Shown: positions 18,828 through 27,245 of the stretch, piece after piece | Position numbering within the stretch: position 1 is the first letter of the stretch | Layout of the letters: every line of letters begins with the position of its first letter | IMG/VR virus record: IMGVR_UViG_3300032290_000291 | Coordinates: 1-40,556 of that record | Direction: 5' to 3' (one strand) | DNA from: a virus | Lineage: Duplodnaviria; Caudoviricetes | DNA: 40,556 bases | Program-made: the position numbers and the translations under genes | The notes under the pieces: generated by a model | What the model saw: the letters and a program-made list of their open reading frames with translations, nothing else | Told to the model about the DNA's origin: nothing | Databases searched by the model: none

Positions 18828-19317
18828 TATGTACCTAAATGTAAGTGAAAGAATTAGTAGCCATGATTTTCATAGGACTGATAACGGAAATAGCTTTACT
18901 GAAAGCCCTAGATACAATGATGTTATTGAAGCAGCAGGTATCAAGGTAAAAGATAACATGGCATCATCAGTATCAGTAGAGTGGACTGCTATCTATTGGC
19001 GTAAAGCTAATCAGATTCACAACTGGTTTGTAACTTACTTAGCTAATGGAGTTGATGAATGTCAGCGTATATCAGTAGGTAGAGGTGATTTAGTTATACT
19101 ACATGATAGATGCAGTACATTACTTGACACCAGATCAAATGAATTAGCGATGGAATTACTACCACCAGCGTCAGGATTTTTCTTTGGATCTATTACAATT
19201 GATGAGTGGTACTGGCAAGACATTGAAGAAACACACAAGCAACTGACTGAGTTACTTGATGAGATCACAGAAGAAAACAAATGGAACTATGAGATTGAGT
19301 ACCAAGCATCATGGTAG
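18817..19317 (+). CDS. Conserved phage protein (MGLDMYL...YWRKANQIHNWF type), 166 aa
   Basis: Recognisable widespread phage motif set, including LLP...GFFFGS and a terminal YQASW; function unknown. Confidence 0.75.
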   Translation: MGLDMYLNVSERISSHDFHRTDNGNSFTESPRYNDVIEAAGIKVKDNMASSVSVEWTAIYWRKANQIHNWFVTYLANGVDECQRISVGRGDLVILHDRCSTLLDTRSNELAMELLPPASGFFFGSITIDEWYWQDIEETHKQLTELLDEITEENKWNYEIEYQASW

Positions 19318-19544
19318 ATGACGATAATGTAATTGAAATTGTAGGATACAGAACAGAAGAACTAGAAGCAGATCACTTTGCTATCATGGGATACAGAGCT
19401 GACGTGTTACTAAGTCCAGATACATTAGAGTATTTACAAAAGATTAATGAAGTTGTTATGGAAGGTGAAGCTATGTGGTTTAAAAGTTTAACTACATGTA
19501 AGTATGATCCATACACAGGAGATGTGTTTGATGTTTCAGATTAA
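19311..19544 (+). CDS. Hypothetical protein, 77 aa
   Basis: Overlap-coupled ORF in the early operon. Confidence 0.65.
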   Translation: MVDDDNVIEIVGYRTEELEADHFAIMGYRADVLLSPDTLEYLQKINEVVMEGEAMWFKSLTTCKYDPYTGDVFDVSD

Positions 19545-19830
19545 TGAAAACGAAACAGCAGCATGTGATGGCATGGATGTTAACTTCTTCTATCCAGTAG
19601 GAGAAGACAATGAAGACAATGCATGGGCAAAAGATAATGTTTATCCACAGCTGAGGAAAGTCTGTGGAAACTGTGATGTTATTGATAAGTGTAGAGACTG
19701 GGCTATTAAGCACGAAGAGTGGGGATTCTGGGGTGGAATGTCCGTCTATGAACGCCGTCAATGGAGAAAGAAATATAACATTAAGTTAGAACAACCATGG
19801 ACCTCAGGGTTCTTGAGAGGAATAAAGTAA
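19531..19830 (+). CDS. whiB: WhiB-family Fe-S transcription factor
   Basis: Four Cys (AAC...VCGNC...KC), FFYP, GFWGG turn and basic ERRQWRKK; start at ATG 19531 after AGGAG. Confidence 0.93.
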   Translation: MFQINENETAACDGMDVNFFYPVGEDNEDNAWAKDNVYPQLRKVCGNCDVIDKCRDWAIKHEEWGFWGGMSVYERRQWRKKYNIKLEQPWTSGFLRGIK

Positions 19831-19994
19831 TGGAATGCTGTGAACTAGACATAGAAGAACTATACAAGCAAGAAGATGAAGATGTCTGCGAGTCGTGCTA
19901 TGATCGTATCGAAGCACACATTGAAGACATGATGCTTAGTAGAGCTAAAGAAGACTTCTATGATAGGAATAAAAAATACCATGATAACTATTAA
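19830..19994 (+). CDS. Small acidic Cys-containing protein, 54 aa
   Basis: TAATG coupling to whiB; MECC...VCESCY. Confidence 0.6.
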   Translation: MECCELDIEELYKQEDEDVCESCYDRIEAHIEDMMLSRAKEDFYDRNKKYHDNY

Positions 19995-20184
19995 CGGACA
20001 CGAACTACCAGCACACGTATCTTATTCAGCACTAACAACCTACCTTGACTGTGGTTGGAAGTATTATCTAACACGAGTGGAAAAAGTTATTGAACAACCA
20101 ACCTGGTATTTAGCAGGTGGTAGTGCAGTACACACAGCGACCGAGATGTATGATAAAGAACTATTTGAAACAGAAGGTAAGTAA
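19981..20184 (+). CDS. PD-(D/E)XK Cas4/RecB-like exonuclease, N-terminal subunit
   Basis: SYSALTTYLDCGWKYYL and GSAVH are the N-terminal motifs of PDDEXK_1 nucleases. Confidence 0.82.
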   Translation: MITINGHELPAHVSYSALTTYLDCGWKYYLTRVEKVIEQPTWYLAGGSAVHTATEMYDKELFETEGK

Positions 20185-20801
20185 TGAATAAGTATTGGGA
20201 CGTAGCATGGGCTGCACAACAACAAGAACAACTAACAAAAACAGGTGTTGATCAGGCACAATGGCGAGCGTCAGGTCGTGCAACTAAAGCTAATCCCAAC
20301 AAAGAAGATGGTGATTGGTGGAACGTTAATGGTGCAGCAATGGTTGACTCGTGGATTACATGGCGTAACGGCACACATCCACTAGTACTATGGGAACCAC
20401 AACCTGGAGTACCAGCTATTGAACTAGGACTTACACCTATCTGGAATGACATACCAGTACAGATGCACATTGATAGAGTAATGATCAATGAAGATGGTGA
20501 ACTAATTGTAGTAGACATTAAGACTGGTGCAAGAACACCATCGTCTGACTTACAGTTAGCTTTCTATGCTGCAGGTATGGAAGAAATGTTTGGCATTAGA
20601 CCACGCTATGGTACATACTGGATGGGTAGAACTGGACAGACAGATGAGTTGATTGATCTTGATTACATCAGCAAAGAAGATATCATTGAGATTGTTACTA
20701 AGTTTGATACAGCACGTAAGGCAGAGCTGTTCATGCCCAACCTCAATCATTGTATAATGTGTAACGTTAAGAATGAATGCAAGTACAAAAGAAAAGGATA
20801 A
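20184..20801 (+). CDS. PD-(D/E)XK Cas4/RecB-like exonuclease, catalytic subunit
   Basis: IDRV, VVDIKTG, QLAFYA and C-terminal CIMC-x5-C. Confidence 0.88.
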   Translation: MNKYWDVAWAAQQQEQLTKTGVDQAQWRASGRATKANPNKEDGDWWNVNGAAMVDSWITWRNGTHPLVLWEPQPGVPAIELGLTPIWNDIPVQMHIDRVMINEDGELIVVDIKTGARTPSSDLQLAFYAAGMEEMFGIRPRYGTYWMGRTGQTDELIDLDYISKEDIIEIVTKFDTARKAELFMPNLNHCIMCNVKNECKYKRKG

Positions 20802-20812
20802 AAGAAAACACT

Positions 20813-21286
20813 ATGGAAAGTAACTACGTAGTAAACGTAAAGACAAAGGTAGGTACTATCATTACCGTACGCGGTACTGATGCTACTGAGTTTGAAGCTA
20901 ACATCAACGCTCTTATTGGTAATGGTATCAATAACAGTATTGCTGCAATGGAAGAGTTGTTTCTTGGAATGCAACCCAGTCAACCCAGTAACACAGGAGT
21001 CAGTACAGTGGTTGCTGCGCTAGGTGGCACAGTAATTAGTGAGACACCTATTCCAGTAGCAGCACCAGCAGCAGTGTTCGCACCCGTAGCACCACCAGTA
21101 AGCAATGCAACTATTACAGCAGGCACAGCCAGCAGGTCTTGCATTCATGGTGTAATGACTAAGCGTGAAGGTGAAGGTCCTTATGGACATTACAAAGCCT
21201 ACATGTGTCCAACAGCAAAGGGTACGCCTGATCAGTGTAAAGCTATCTATCTAAAGAGTAACGATCCAGATTACGCTACGTTCTAG
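20813..21286 (+). CDS. Replication/recombination-associated protein with an Ala/Pro linker and C-terminal zinc finger, 157 aa
   Basis: CIHG...YKAYMCP...DQC motif; start at ATG 20813. Confidence 0.65.
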   Translation: MESNYVVNVKTKVGTIITVRGTDATEFEANINALIGNGINNSIAAMEELFLGMQPSQPSNTGVSTVVAALGGTVISETPIPVAAPAAVFAPVAPPVSNATITAGTASRSCIHGVMTKREGEGPYGHYKAYMCPTAKGTPDQCKAIYLKSNDPDYATF

Positions 21287-21295
21287 CACACAAGT

Positions 21296-21337
21296 TTGGA
21301 GGGGTAGTGTAGTGGGGAAGGCTACCTACCCCTTCAA
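21296..21337 (+). other. Intergenic hairpin with a GGGGAAG loop before the helicase gene
   Basis: TTGGAGGGGTAG/CTACCCCTTCAA outer stem and GTAGT/GCTAC inner stem. Confidence 0.6.
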
Positions 21338-21353
21338 TTATTATTGGAGATAA

Positions 21354-22139
21354 ATGAAAACATTAAGCAGAGCAGTAGGTCGTCCTGACATTGGTGGTGA
21401 GCCAATGCCTACAGTATTCAGGACATTCGATGCAAACCAAATTGTATTGAGACGAGCAGAAGTAAGTATGATTGCTGGCACACCAGGTGCTGGTAAGTCT
21501 ACGCTTGCTCTAGCTTTAGCATTACGTATGCAAGCACCAACGCTATACTTATCAGCGGATACTAATGCACACACTATGGCTATGCGTTTGTATTCTATGA
21601 TTACAGGAGTATCACAAAGTGAAGCAGAGAAAATCATATCGGAAGACCCAGTCAATTCTAGGAATAATCTTGCTCTTGCCAGCCATATTTATTGGAGCTT
21701 TGATTCTGCCCCTAGTCTTAGTGATATCGACGACGAGGTTACCGCGATTGAAGAACTACTTGGAGAAGCACCTGCCCTAATTGTTATTGATAACCTTATG
21801 GATATCAGCATGGACGGCGGAGAAGAATTCAGTAACATGAGATCAGCACTTAAAGAACTTAAGTACTTAGCAAGAGATACCAACGCCGCTATCCTAGTGT
21901 TACATCACACACAAGAGGGTTATGTCGGAGACCCATGCCAACCAAGATCATCCTTGCAAGGCAAGGTAGCACAGTTACCTGCACTCATCCTTACCGTTGG
22001 ACAGAGTGGCAATGGACTACTAGGTGTAGCTGCAGTTAAAAATAGATACGGTAAAGCAGACCAGTCTGGTAAGTCACCAGTATGGTTACAATTTAATCCA
22101 GAGTATATGTTTATAGCAGATATGGAGGAAGCAAGGTAA
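21354..22139 (+). CDS. DnaB/RecA-fold (SF4-like) helicase ATPase
   Basis: Walker A GTPGAGKS, Walker B LIVIDNL, LVLHH and VKNRYG arginine-finger motif. Confidence 0.88.
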   Translation: MKTLSRAVGRPDIGGEPMPTVFRTFDANQIVLRRAEVSMIAGTPGAGKSTLALALALRMQAPTLYLSADTNAHTMAMRLYSMITGVSQSEAEKIISEDPVNSRNNLALASHIYWSFDSAPSLSDIDDEVTAIEELLGEAPALIVIDNLMDISMDGGEEFSNMRSALKELKYLARDTNAAILVLHHTQEGYVGDPCQPRSSLQGKVAQLPALILTVGQSGNGLLGVAAVKNRYGKADQSGKSPVWLQFNPEYMFIADMEEAR

Positions 22140-22190
22140 TGGAGCGTATTAATTGGGATACCAATAACACACCAGACTACGACGACGACG

Positions 22191-22319
22191 ATGAGTAAAT
22201 TCGGTTGGTGTCTTGGTCACGATACAGAACAGCAGCACAGTAAATGTCCTAAAGAATTTACTAACAACATACAAAACTATACATTGAAATGTGATTGTGA
22301 ATGCCATGAGCAAAAGTAA
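22191..22319 (+). CDS. Small Cys/His protein, 42 aa, not in the ORF track
   Basis: MSKFGWCLGHDTEQQHSKCPKEF...KCDCECHEQK; preceded by a 19-codon coupled ORF at 22139-22198. Confidence 0.55.
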   Translation: MSKFGWCLGHDTEQQHSKCPKEFTNNIQNYTLKCDCECHEQK

Positions 22320-22641
22320 ACAAAAAGGTACGGCTGCTGAAACAGCAGTGGTTAACTGGTTAGTAAGTAAAGGACGTAAGCATGTCGAACGACGATCTCT
22401 TAACGGAGTCAATGATCGAGGTGACATTGCAGGTGTGCCTGGAGTTGTACTCGAAGTAAAGAACTGTGTCAAGATGGAACTATCAGCGTGGTTAAAAGAA
22501 CTAGAAGCTGAAATGATTAATGACAAAGCTGACACAGGTGTAGTAATACATAAGAAAAAAGGAACACAAGATGTTGGACTATGGTATGCAACCATGCCAG
22601 TAAACATCTGGTTTAAACTAATAGAAGAAGCAGGATACTAA
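22306..22641 (+). CDS. Holliday junction resolvase (Hjc-like PD-(D/E)XK)
   Basis: KQKGTAAE, DRGDIAG and LEVKN motifs. Confidence 0.85.
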   Translation: MSKSKQKGTAAETAVVNWLVSKGRKHVERRSLNGVNDRGDIAGVPGVVLEVKNCVKMELSAWLKELEAEMINDKADTGVVIHKKKGTQDVGLWYATMPVNIWFKLIEEAGY

Positions 22642-23000
22642 TGGATGTACCACCTATTGCTGCTATCATAGAGCACTATGGTGGCAGACTAAGAAGAGAC
22701 TACGGTAGTTGGCAAAAGATTAAATGCCCATTCCATAGCGATAGTCACGCATCAGCAGGTGTATCAGTAACGGACAACATCTTTGTATGTCACGGCTGTG
22801 GAATTAAAGGCAATGCATTTAACGTAATCAAACTACATGAAGGAGTAAAATACGGTGAAGCTATCAAGATCGCAGAAGGTATTACTGGAGAAAGCTACCA
22901 ATCATTACGAGCAGCATCTGCCATTGGCAGAAGAATATCTACTACATCGAGGAATAAGTCTAGAGATAGCGGAAAGAATTCGATTAGGAGTCGTCGCTGA
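22641..23000 (+). CDS. DNA primase, CHC2 zinc-finger subunit
   Basis: CPFHSD...SAGV...FVCHGCGIKGN. Confidence 0.88.
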   Translation: MDVPPIAAIIEHYGGRLRRDYGSWQKIKCPFHSDSHASAGVSVTDNIFVCHGCGIKGNAFNVIKLHEGVKYGEAIKIAEGITGESYQSLRAASAIGRRISTTSRNKSRDSGKNSIRSRR

Positions 23001-23472
23001 TCCACTACCTGGACAAGAACAATTTATAAATAGATTAGCTATCCCTTACTTAACACCAACAGGTGTAGTTGATGTAAGGTTTAGATCTATGGGACCAGAA
23101 GAACCTAAGTACATGGGTATGGCAGGAACTTCTACTAGGTTATACAATGTAAATGCCCTGCATACAGCAGGTAATTTTATTGCAGTATGTGAAGGAGAAA
23201 TAGATGCTATCACTCTTAGTTATTCTTGTGGCATTCCTGCTGTGGGTGTGCCTGGAGCTAATGCTTGGAAGCGGCACTACGGAAGATTACTGGCAGACTT
23301 TGAAACTATCTATGTGTTTGCTGACGGTGATCAGCCTGGCTCTGATTTTGCAAAGAGTCTAAGTAAAGAGTTTAATAGTGTTATCATTATGCAGATGCCA
23401 GATGGAGAGGACGTTAACTCAATGTTCTTACGTAATGGATCTGCTTACTTCACAGAAAAGATTGCAGCATGA
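22855..23472 (+). CDS. DNA primase, TOPRIM catalytic subunit
   Basis: YLLHRGIS, RLAIPY, PKY, VCEGEIDAI, FADGDQPG and EDVN motifs. Confidence 0.9.
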   Translation: MKLSRSQKVLLEKATNHYEQHLPLAEEYLLHRGISLEIAERIRLGVVADPLPGQEQFINRLAIPYLTPTGVVDVRFRSMGPEEPKYMGMAGTSTRLYNVNALHTAGNFIAVCEGEIDAITLSYSCGIPAVGVPGANAWKRHYGRLLADFETIYVFADGDQPGSDFAKSLSKEFNSVIIMQMPDGEDVNSMFLRNGSAYFTEKIAA

Positions 23473-23957
23473 TGACTAAAGAATTTAAAAGAAGTGACCT
23501 ATGGGAACTAGAAGAACATGAAAGAAAATTAAAGGAGTACAACGATGCAAGAATTCAGCGAACAAGAAATCAATCACATCTTCCAAGCCCTGATAAACAT
23601 GGGACTTCAAGTAAGCAACGTGAAGTACTCGAACGGGTTGACACTTACATTAAAGCGACCAGTACTAAAGTGAAGCCACCACTAGAGTTTGAAGCTGCAG
23701 TAATAGCCCGCAAAGCTATTGATTTATTAATTAAAAAGCATGAAGACTATGGACCAGCTAACATCTCTGATGCTCCAGGTGGACCATTGAATGGACTAAG
23801 TGTAAGACTGCACGACAAAGTAGCAAGACTAAATCATTTACTATCTAATGATAAAGAACCAAAGAACGAAGCTATTGAAGATACATTCATTGACATTCTT
23901 AACTATGCCTTAATTGCTTTACTAGTAATTGAAGGCAAGTGGGATAATACTAAGTAG
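23469..23957 (+). CDS. DUF1599/Nmad1-like all-alpha nucleotide pyrophosphatase-like protein (start may be GTG 23670)
   Basis: KKHEDYG, VRLHDKVARL and EAIEDTFIDILNYALI motifs. Confidence 0.78.
   Translation: MMTKEFKRSDLWELEEHERKLKEYNDARIQRTRNQSHLPSPDKHGTSSKQREVLERVDTYIKATSTKVKPPLEFEAAVIARKAIDLLIKKHEDYGPANISDAPGGPLNGLSVRLHDKVARLNHLLSNDKEPKNEAIEDTFIDILNYALIALLVIEGKWDNTK
23545..23673 (+). CDS. Nested +1-frame small protein, 42 aa
   Basis: AAGGAG SD 7 nt before the ATG; MQEFSEQEINHIFQALINMGLQVSNVKYSNGLTLTLKRPVLK; stop overlaps an in-frame GTG of the DUF1599 domain (GTGA). Confidence 0.55.
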   Translation: MQEFSEQEINHIFQALINMGLQVSNVKYSNGLTLTLKRPVLK

Positions 23958-23963
23958 GTACAT

Positions 23964-24722
23964 ATGAAAACAGTTGTAGTGATTCCAGATATGCAAGTTC
24001 CTTACCATGATCCACGATCAGTACGTGCAGTACAAAACTTTGTAGGTGACTACCAACCAGATGAACTCTTCTGTGTTGGTGATGAAGCAGATAGTCCTGA
24101 ACCATCACGATGGAACAAGGGATTAGTTGGTGAGTATGAAGGTACATTGCAAGCAGGTCTAGATCGTACTGCTGCCATTATGAAAGAGTTTAAAAACAAA
24201 CTAGGCGATAAGCCTTTCCACACAATGAGGAGTAACCACGGTGACAGAGTCGAACATTATGTTAAAAGATACGCTCCCGCCCTTGCAAGTCTGCGGGAAT
24301 TGGAATACTCCAAGCTTTTACATTACAGCGAAAACGAAATTACCTATCACGATAAACTATGGGAGTTTACGCCAGGATGGGTACTGGCACATGGAGATGA
24401 AGGCAACATCTCAAGGCAAGCTGGCGGCACGGCTCTGGCTTTGGCTCGCAAAATTGGGTCTTCAGTTGTCTGTGGGCATACGCATAGAGCGGGAATTCAA
24501 CATGAGCACCAAGGTTACAACGGCAAGATTCACAGTCGTCTCTACGGAGTTGAAGTCGGACACCTTATGGATCTTAGCCAAGCGTCATATCTAAATACTG
24601 GTAGTGCTAACTGGCAACAAGCATTTACTATTCTCTACATACGTAGAGGTAACGTAACTCCTGTTGTTGTTCCTATCAATGGACGATCTTTTGTAGTCGA
24701 GGGTAAGACGTATGAGTTCTAA
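23964..24722 (+). CDS. Calcineurin-like metallophosphoesterase
   Basis: DxQ (IPDMQ), GDEAD, SNH, AHGD and GHTHR motifs. Confidence 0.9.
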   Translation: MKTVVVIPDMQVPYHDPRSVRAVQNFVGDYQPDELFCVGDEADSPEPSRWNKGLVGEYEGTLQAGLDRTAAIMKEFKNKLGDKPFHTMRSNHGDRVEHYVKRYAPALASLRELEYSKLLHYSENEITYHDKLWEFTPGWVLAHGDEGNISRQAGGTALALARKIGSSVVCGHTHRAGIQHEHQGYNGKIHSRLYGVEVGHLMDLSQASYLNTGSANWQQAFTILYIRRGNVTPVVVPINGRSFVVEGKTYEF

Positions 24723-25353
24723 TGGAATTGTTTATGAGATGTACCATGCCATGGTCAAGCAGATTGGTTCAGAATTTAAACGCAAATACCAGATGGTTGA
24801 GCGTGAAGATATTGAACAACAGTTATGGCTATGGTTTGCTGAACATCCTAACAAGATAGAAGAATGGTTAGCTCTACCTAATCAGAAAGATAGAGATAAA
24901 CTATTTGCTAGATCACTACGTAATTCAGCACTAGACTATTGCATCAAAGAGAAAGCACATAAGTCTGGTTACAATGCAGAAGATAACTTCTGGTACAACA
25001 AACAGTTCATTAAGCTTATGATTCCTGCTGTACTTAGTGACGACTGGACTAAGTTCAACAACACACTAAGTAATATGGGTCGCACTAGTAAAGCACTAGC
25101 AGAGTCAGGTGACTTCATGGCATTTAGTTCTGATGTTAAAGTTGCTTTCGATAAACTAAATGACAGAGAGAAATCATTAGTTCATTTATTTTATGGTGAG
25201 CAAGTAGATGGTGCTGAACTACAAGAGCGAGTAGATGCTGACAAGTCACAAAAAGCAGTGATGATGGAAGCTAACAGAGCAGTCAACAAAATGGTCAAGA
25301 TACTTGGTGGTAATCCACCAGTAAGAGATGAAGACTACCTCAGTAATACATAA
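24712..25353 (+). CDS. Phage sigma70/ECF-like sigma factor
   Basis: Region 2-like EREDIEQQLWLWF...RNSALDYC and region 4-like DVKVAFDKLNDREKSLVHLFY...ANRAVNKM. Confidence 0.75.
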   Translation: MSSNGIVYEMYHAMVKQIGSEFKRKYQMVEREDIEQQLWLWFAEHPNKIEEWLALPNQKDRDKLFARSLRNSALDYCIKEKAHKSGYNAEDNFWYNKQFIKLMIPAVLSDDWTKFNNTLSNMGRTSKALAESGDFMAFSSDVKVAFDKLNDREKSLVHLFYGEQVDGAELQERVDADKSQKAVMMEANRAVNKMVKILGGNPPVRDEDYLSNT

Positions 25354-25416
25354 AAAATAACCCCTCTTAGGGTGGTAGGTACTAAGTTCATACTCTACTA
25401 CCCCAGAGGGGATTAT
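25352..25416. terminator. Bidirectional terminator between the convergent arms
   Basis: CCCCTCT..GGTGGTAG-GTA / TAC-CTACTACC..AGAGGGG long stem with A/T-rich tails on both sides. Confidence 0.75.
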
Positions 25417-25429
25417 AATTTATTATCTA

Positions 25430-25822
25430 TTAAATTTTCTTAGCTTTAATCTGACGACCATCAAGTACTATAGGTGCAGCACCGTTATGCCACACCCAAA
25501 AACCAATAGGCATCTTAGGGTTACAGTCAATAGTATGTGACCAGTGAGAATGGTAAGTAGAACCAGCCCAACCAGATGTGTTCTTGTCATCGTGACCAGT
25601 CTCATCTAACTGATCTGTACCTGGGTAACGACATAGACGACCACGTAGTACATCTCCAGCACCAGCGGGATACTCAACACGTAGTACTACAGTCCATTCC
25701 CATACACCAGTTTCAGGAACTACAAACTTATCTTTGCCTTGGAACTTTACGTAAGTCCAAGTCTTAGGTGGAATAGATTGCTTGGCTTTACCTGATTCAT
25801 CCTTAAATAAAATACCACTCAT
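25430..25822 (-). CDS. Beta-rich Trp-rich protein coupled to the endolysin, 130 aa
   Basis: ATGA overlap with the M23 gene; last gene of the late arm. Confidence 0.6.
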   Translation of the reverse strand: MSGILFKDESGKAKQSIPPKTWTYVKFQGKDKFVVPETGVWEWTVVLRVEYPAGAGDVLRGRLCRYPGTDQLDETGHDDKNTSGWAGSTYHSHWSHTIDCNPKMPIGFWVWHNGAAPIVLDGRQIKAKKI

Positions 25823-26211
25823 AACGCAAGAACCTTTGCTGGATCTAGGTCTTTACTGGTGCTCCAGCGAGGTCCATTTCTGAGCTCTACGTGAAGATGG
25901 GGACCTGATGAGTTACCTGTATTACCAGATTTTCCGATGACCTGATTCTTGGAAACCTTATCGCCTGGCTTGACCAGCGACTTGCTTAAGTGAGCATAGA
26001 TAAAGAATGTTCCATCAGGCAAGGCTTCTACAATTTGTACGCCATATGATTTTCCCCAGTTAGCATTAGCAACTACGCCATCAGCAACTGCAAGAACTTC
26101 TGTACCTACTGGTACTGCAAAATCACAGCCCGTGTGGTAACCTTTTGACCACATCTTCCCATGGCGTTTATATTCGCACGTGATCTTTCCATCTTTGATT
26201 GGCAAAGCCAT
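25819..26211 (-). CDS. M23-family zinc peptidase (endolysin)
   Basis: HTGCD (HxxxD), YAHL and GNTGNSSGPHLHVE (HxH) motifs. Confidence 0.93.
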   Translation of the reverse strand: MALPIKDGKITCEYKRHGKMWSKGYHTGCDFAVPVGTEVLAVADGVVANANWGKSYGVQIVEALPDGTFFIYAHLSKSLVKPGDKVSKNQVIGKSGNTGNSSGPHLHVELRNGPRWSTSKDLDPAKVLAL

Positions 26212-26393
26212 TAGTCTTTATCCTCTTCTCTTAGTGGTATAGTTACTAGCCACAGAATAAAACCAACCATGATTAAAACTCCTGTAACTTTCTTTGCACT
26301 GCCATCCAACGTAAAGTAAGCAATGCCGAGTCCGACCAAGGTGTATGTCTCAGCCGTAATTTCTTTAAAGTACTTCTTGATCTTGTTAAACAA
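26211..26393 (-). CDS. Small two-TM membrane protein (holin-like), 60 aa
   Basis: Two hydrophobic segments, charged termini, next to the endolysin. Confidence 0.6.
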   Translation of the reverse strand: MFNKIKKYFKEITAETYTLVGLGIAYFTLDGSAKKVTGVLIMVGFILWLVTIPLREEDKD

Positions 26394-27242
26394 TTACTTA
26401 AGTCTCCTGACTTGAGCTAGTTGACCTACGATTACTGCAGCCACTACGACACCTTGAGATTCTTCTCTTTCTTCTGGTGTCATGTCACTTCCGATAGCCA
26501 TAATTGCCTCAGCAGCAGCTGCAATCTGTACAATTCCAGGTACATTTTCTAGGTAGGTTGGTAGTTGGATACTAACCTCTTCTAAAAACTGCTCTGTGTC
26601 GCTTACAGGGGCAGCAATCGCTATTGTAGGCTCTGGTTCTGGGGTTTCTTCAGGGACTATTTCAGGGGTTGGAGCTTCTATAGGAGTAGGGGAAGGGTCA
26701 GGCTCAACTTCTACAACTTCTTCCACAGATTCTGATGGAATAGGAGTTGGCTCTGGTTCAGGTGTAACACTAGGGGTTACTACTGGGACTGGTTCTATGA
26801 TAGGCTCAGGGGATGGTGATTCACTTTGAGTAGGTTCAGGTATTGGCGTTGGCTCTGGGTCCAAACTTGGTACAACACTTGGGACTGGCTCAGGTTCTAC
26901 AGTCTCCGTAGGTTCTGGCGTAGGTTCAATAACGACAGGAGTGGGTGACGGAGCAATACCGTTGTAGTATCTGAGTGGACTATCTACTGGTAGTTCATCA
27001 CTAACGTACGTTGTGTATGGTCCAGCATATCCACCCTCACACCATAGCCTTGGTATTTCACCACGACCATTAAAGAATTGATTACTGTTATCCCATCCAA
27101 CTTGATACGTACGCTCTTCACCCTGCTCGTTAGCACAGATGATTGTAGTCATTGCTGATTCAGCGAAGGCACCAGTTGGACTGAACACCATTAACGAACC
27201 TACAATAAAAGAAACAATCCCTAACTGGATTTTTCTTTTCAA
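26394..27242 (-). CDS. Exported Pro/Glu/Thr-rich stalk protein, 282 aa
   Basis: Signal peptide ending AFA-E, small two-Cys domain, long PEPT repeats, hydrophobic C-terminal segment followed by RRLK. Confidence 0.7.
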   Translation of the reverse strand: MKRKIQLGIVSFIVGSLMVFSPTGAFAESAMTTIICANEQGEERTYQVGWDNSNQFFNGRGEIPRLWCEGGYAGPYTTYVSDELPVDSPLRYYNGIAPSPTPVVIEPTPEPTETVEPEPVPSVVPSLDPEPTPIPEPTQSESPSPEPIIEPVPVVTPSVTPEPEPTPIPSESVEEVVEVEPDPSPTPIEAPTPEIVPEETPEPEPTIAIAAPVSDTEQFLEEVSIQLPTYLENVPGIVQIAAAAEAIMAIGSDMTPEEREESQGVVVAAVIVGQLAQVRRLK

Positions 27243-27245
27243 TTG

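Noticed and set aside
19981-20801. CRISPR adaptation module
   Set aside because: Solo Cas4-like nuclease in a replication context; no cas1, cas2 or array.
26596-26829. Plus-strand Gly/Ser-rich ORF
   Set aside because: Antisense shadow of the PEPT repeats.
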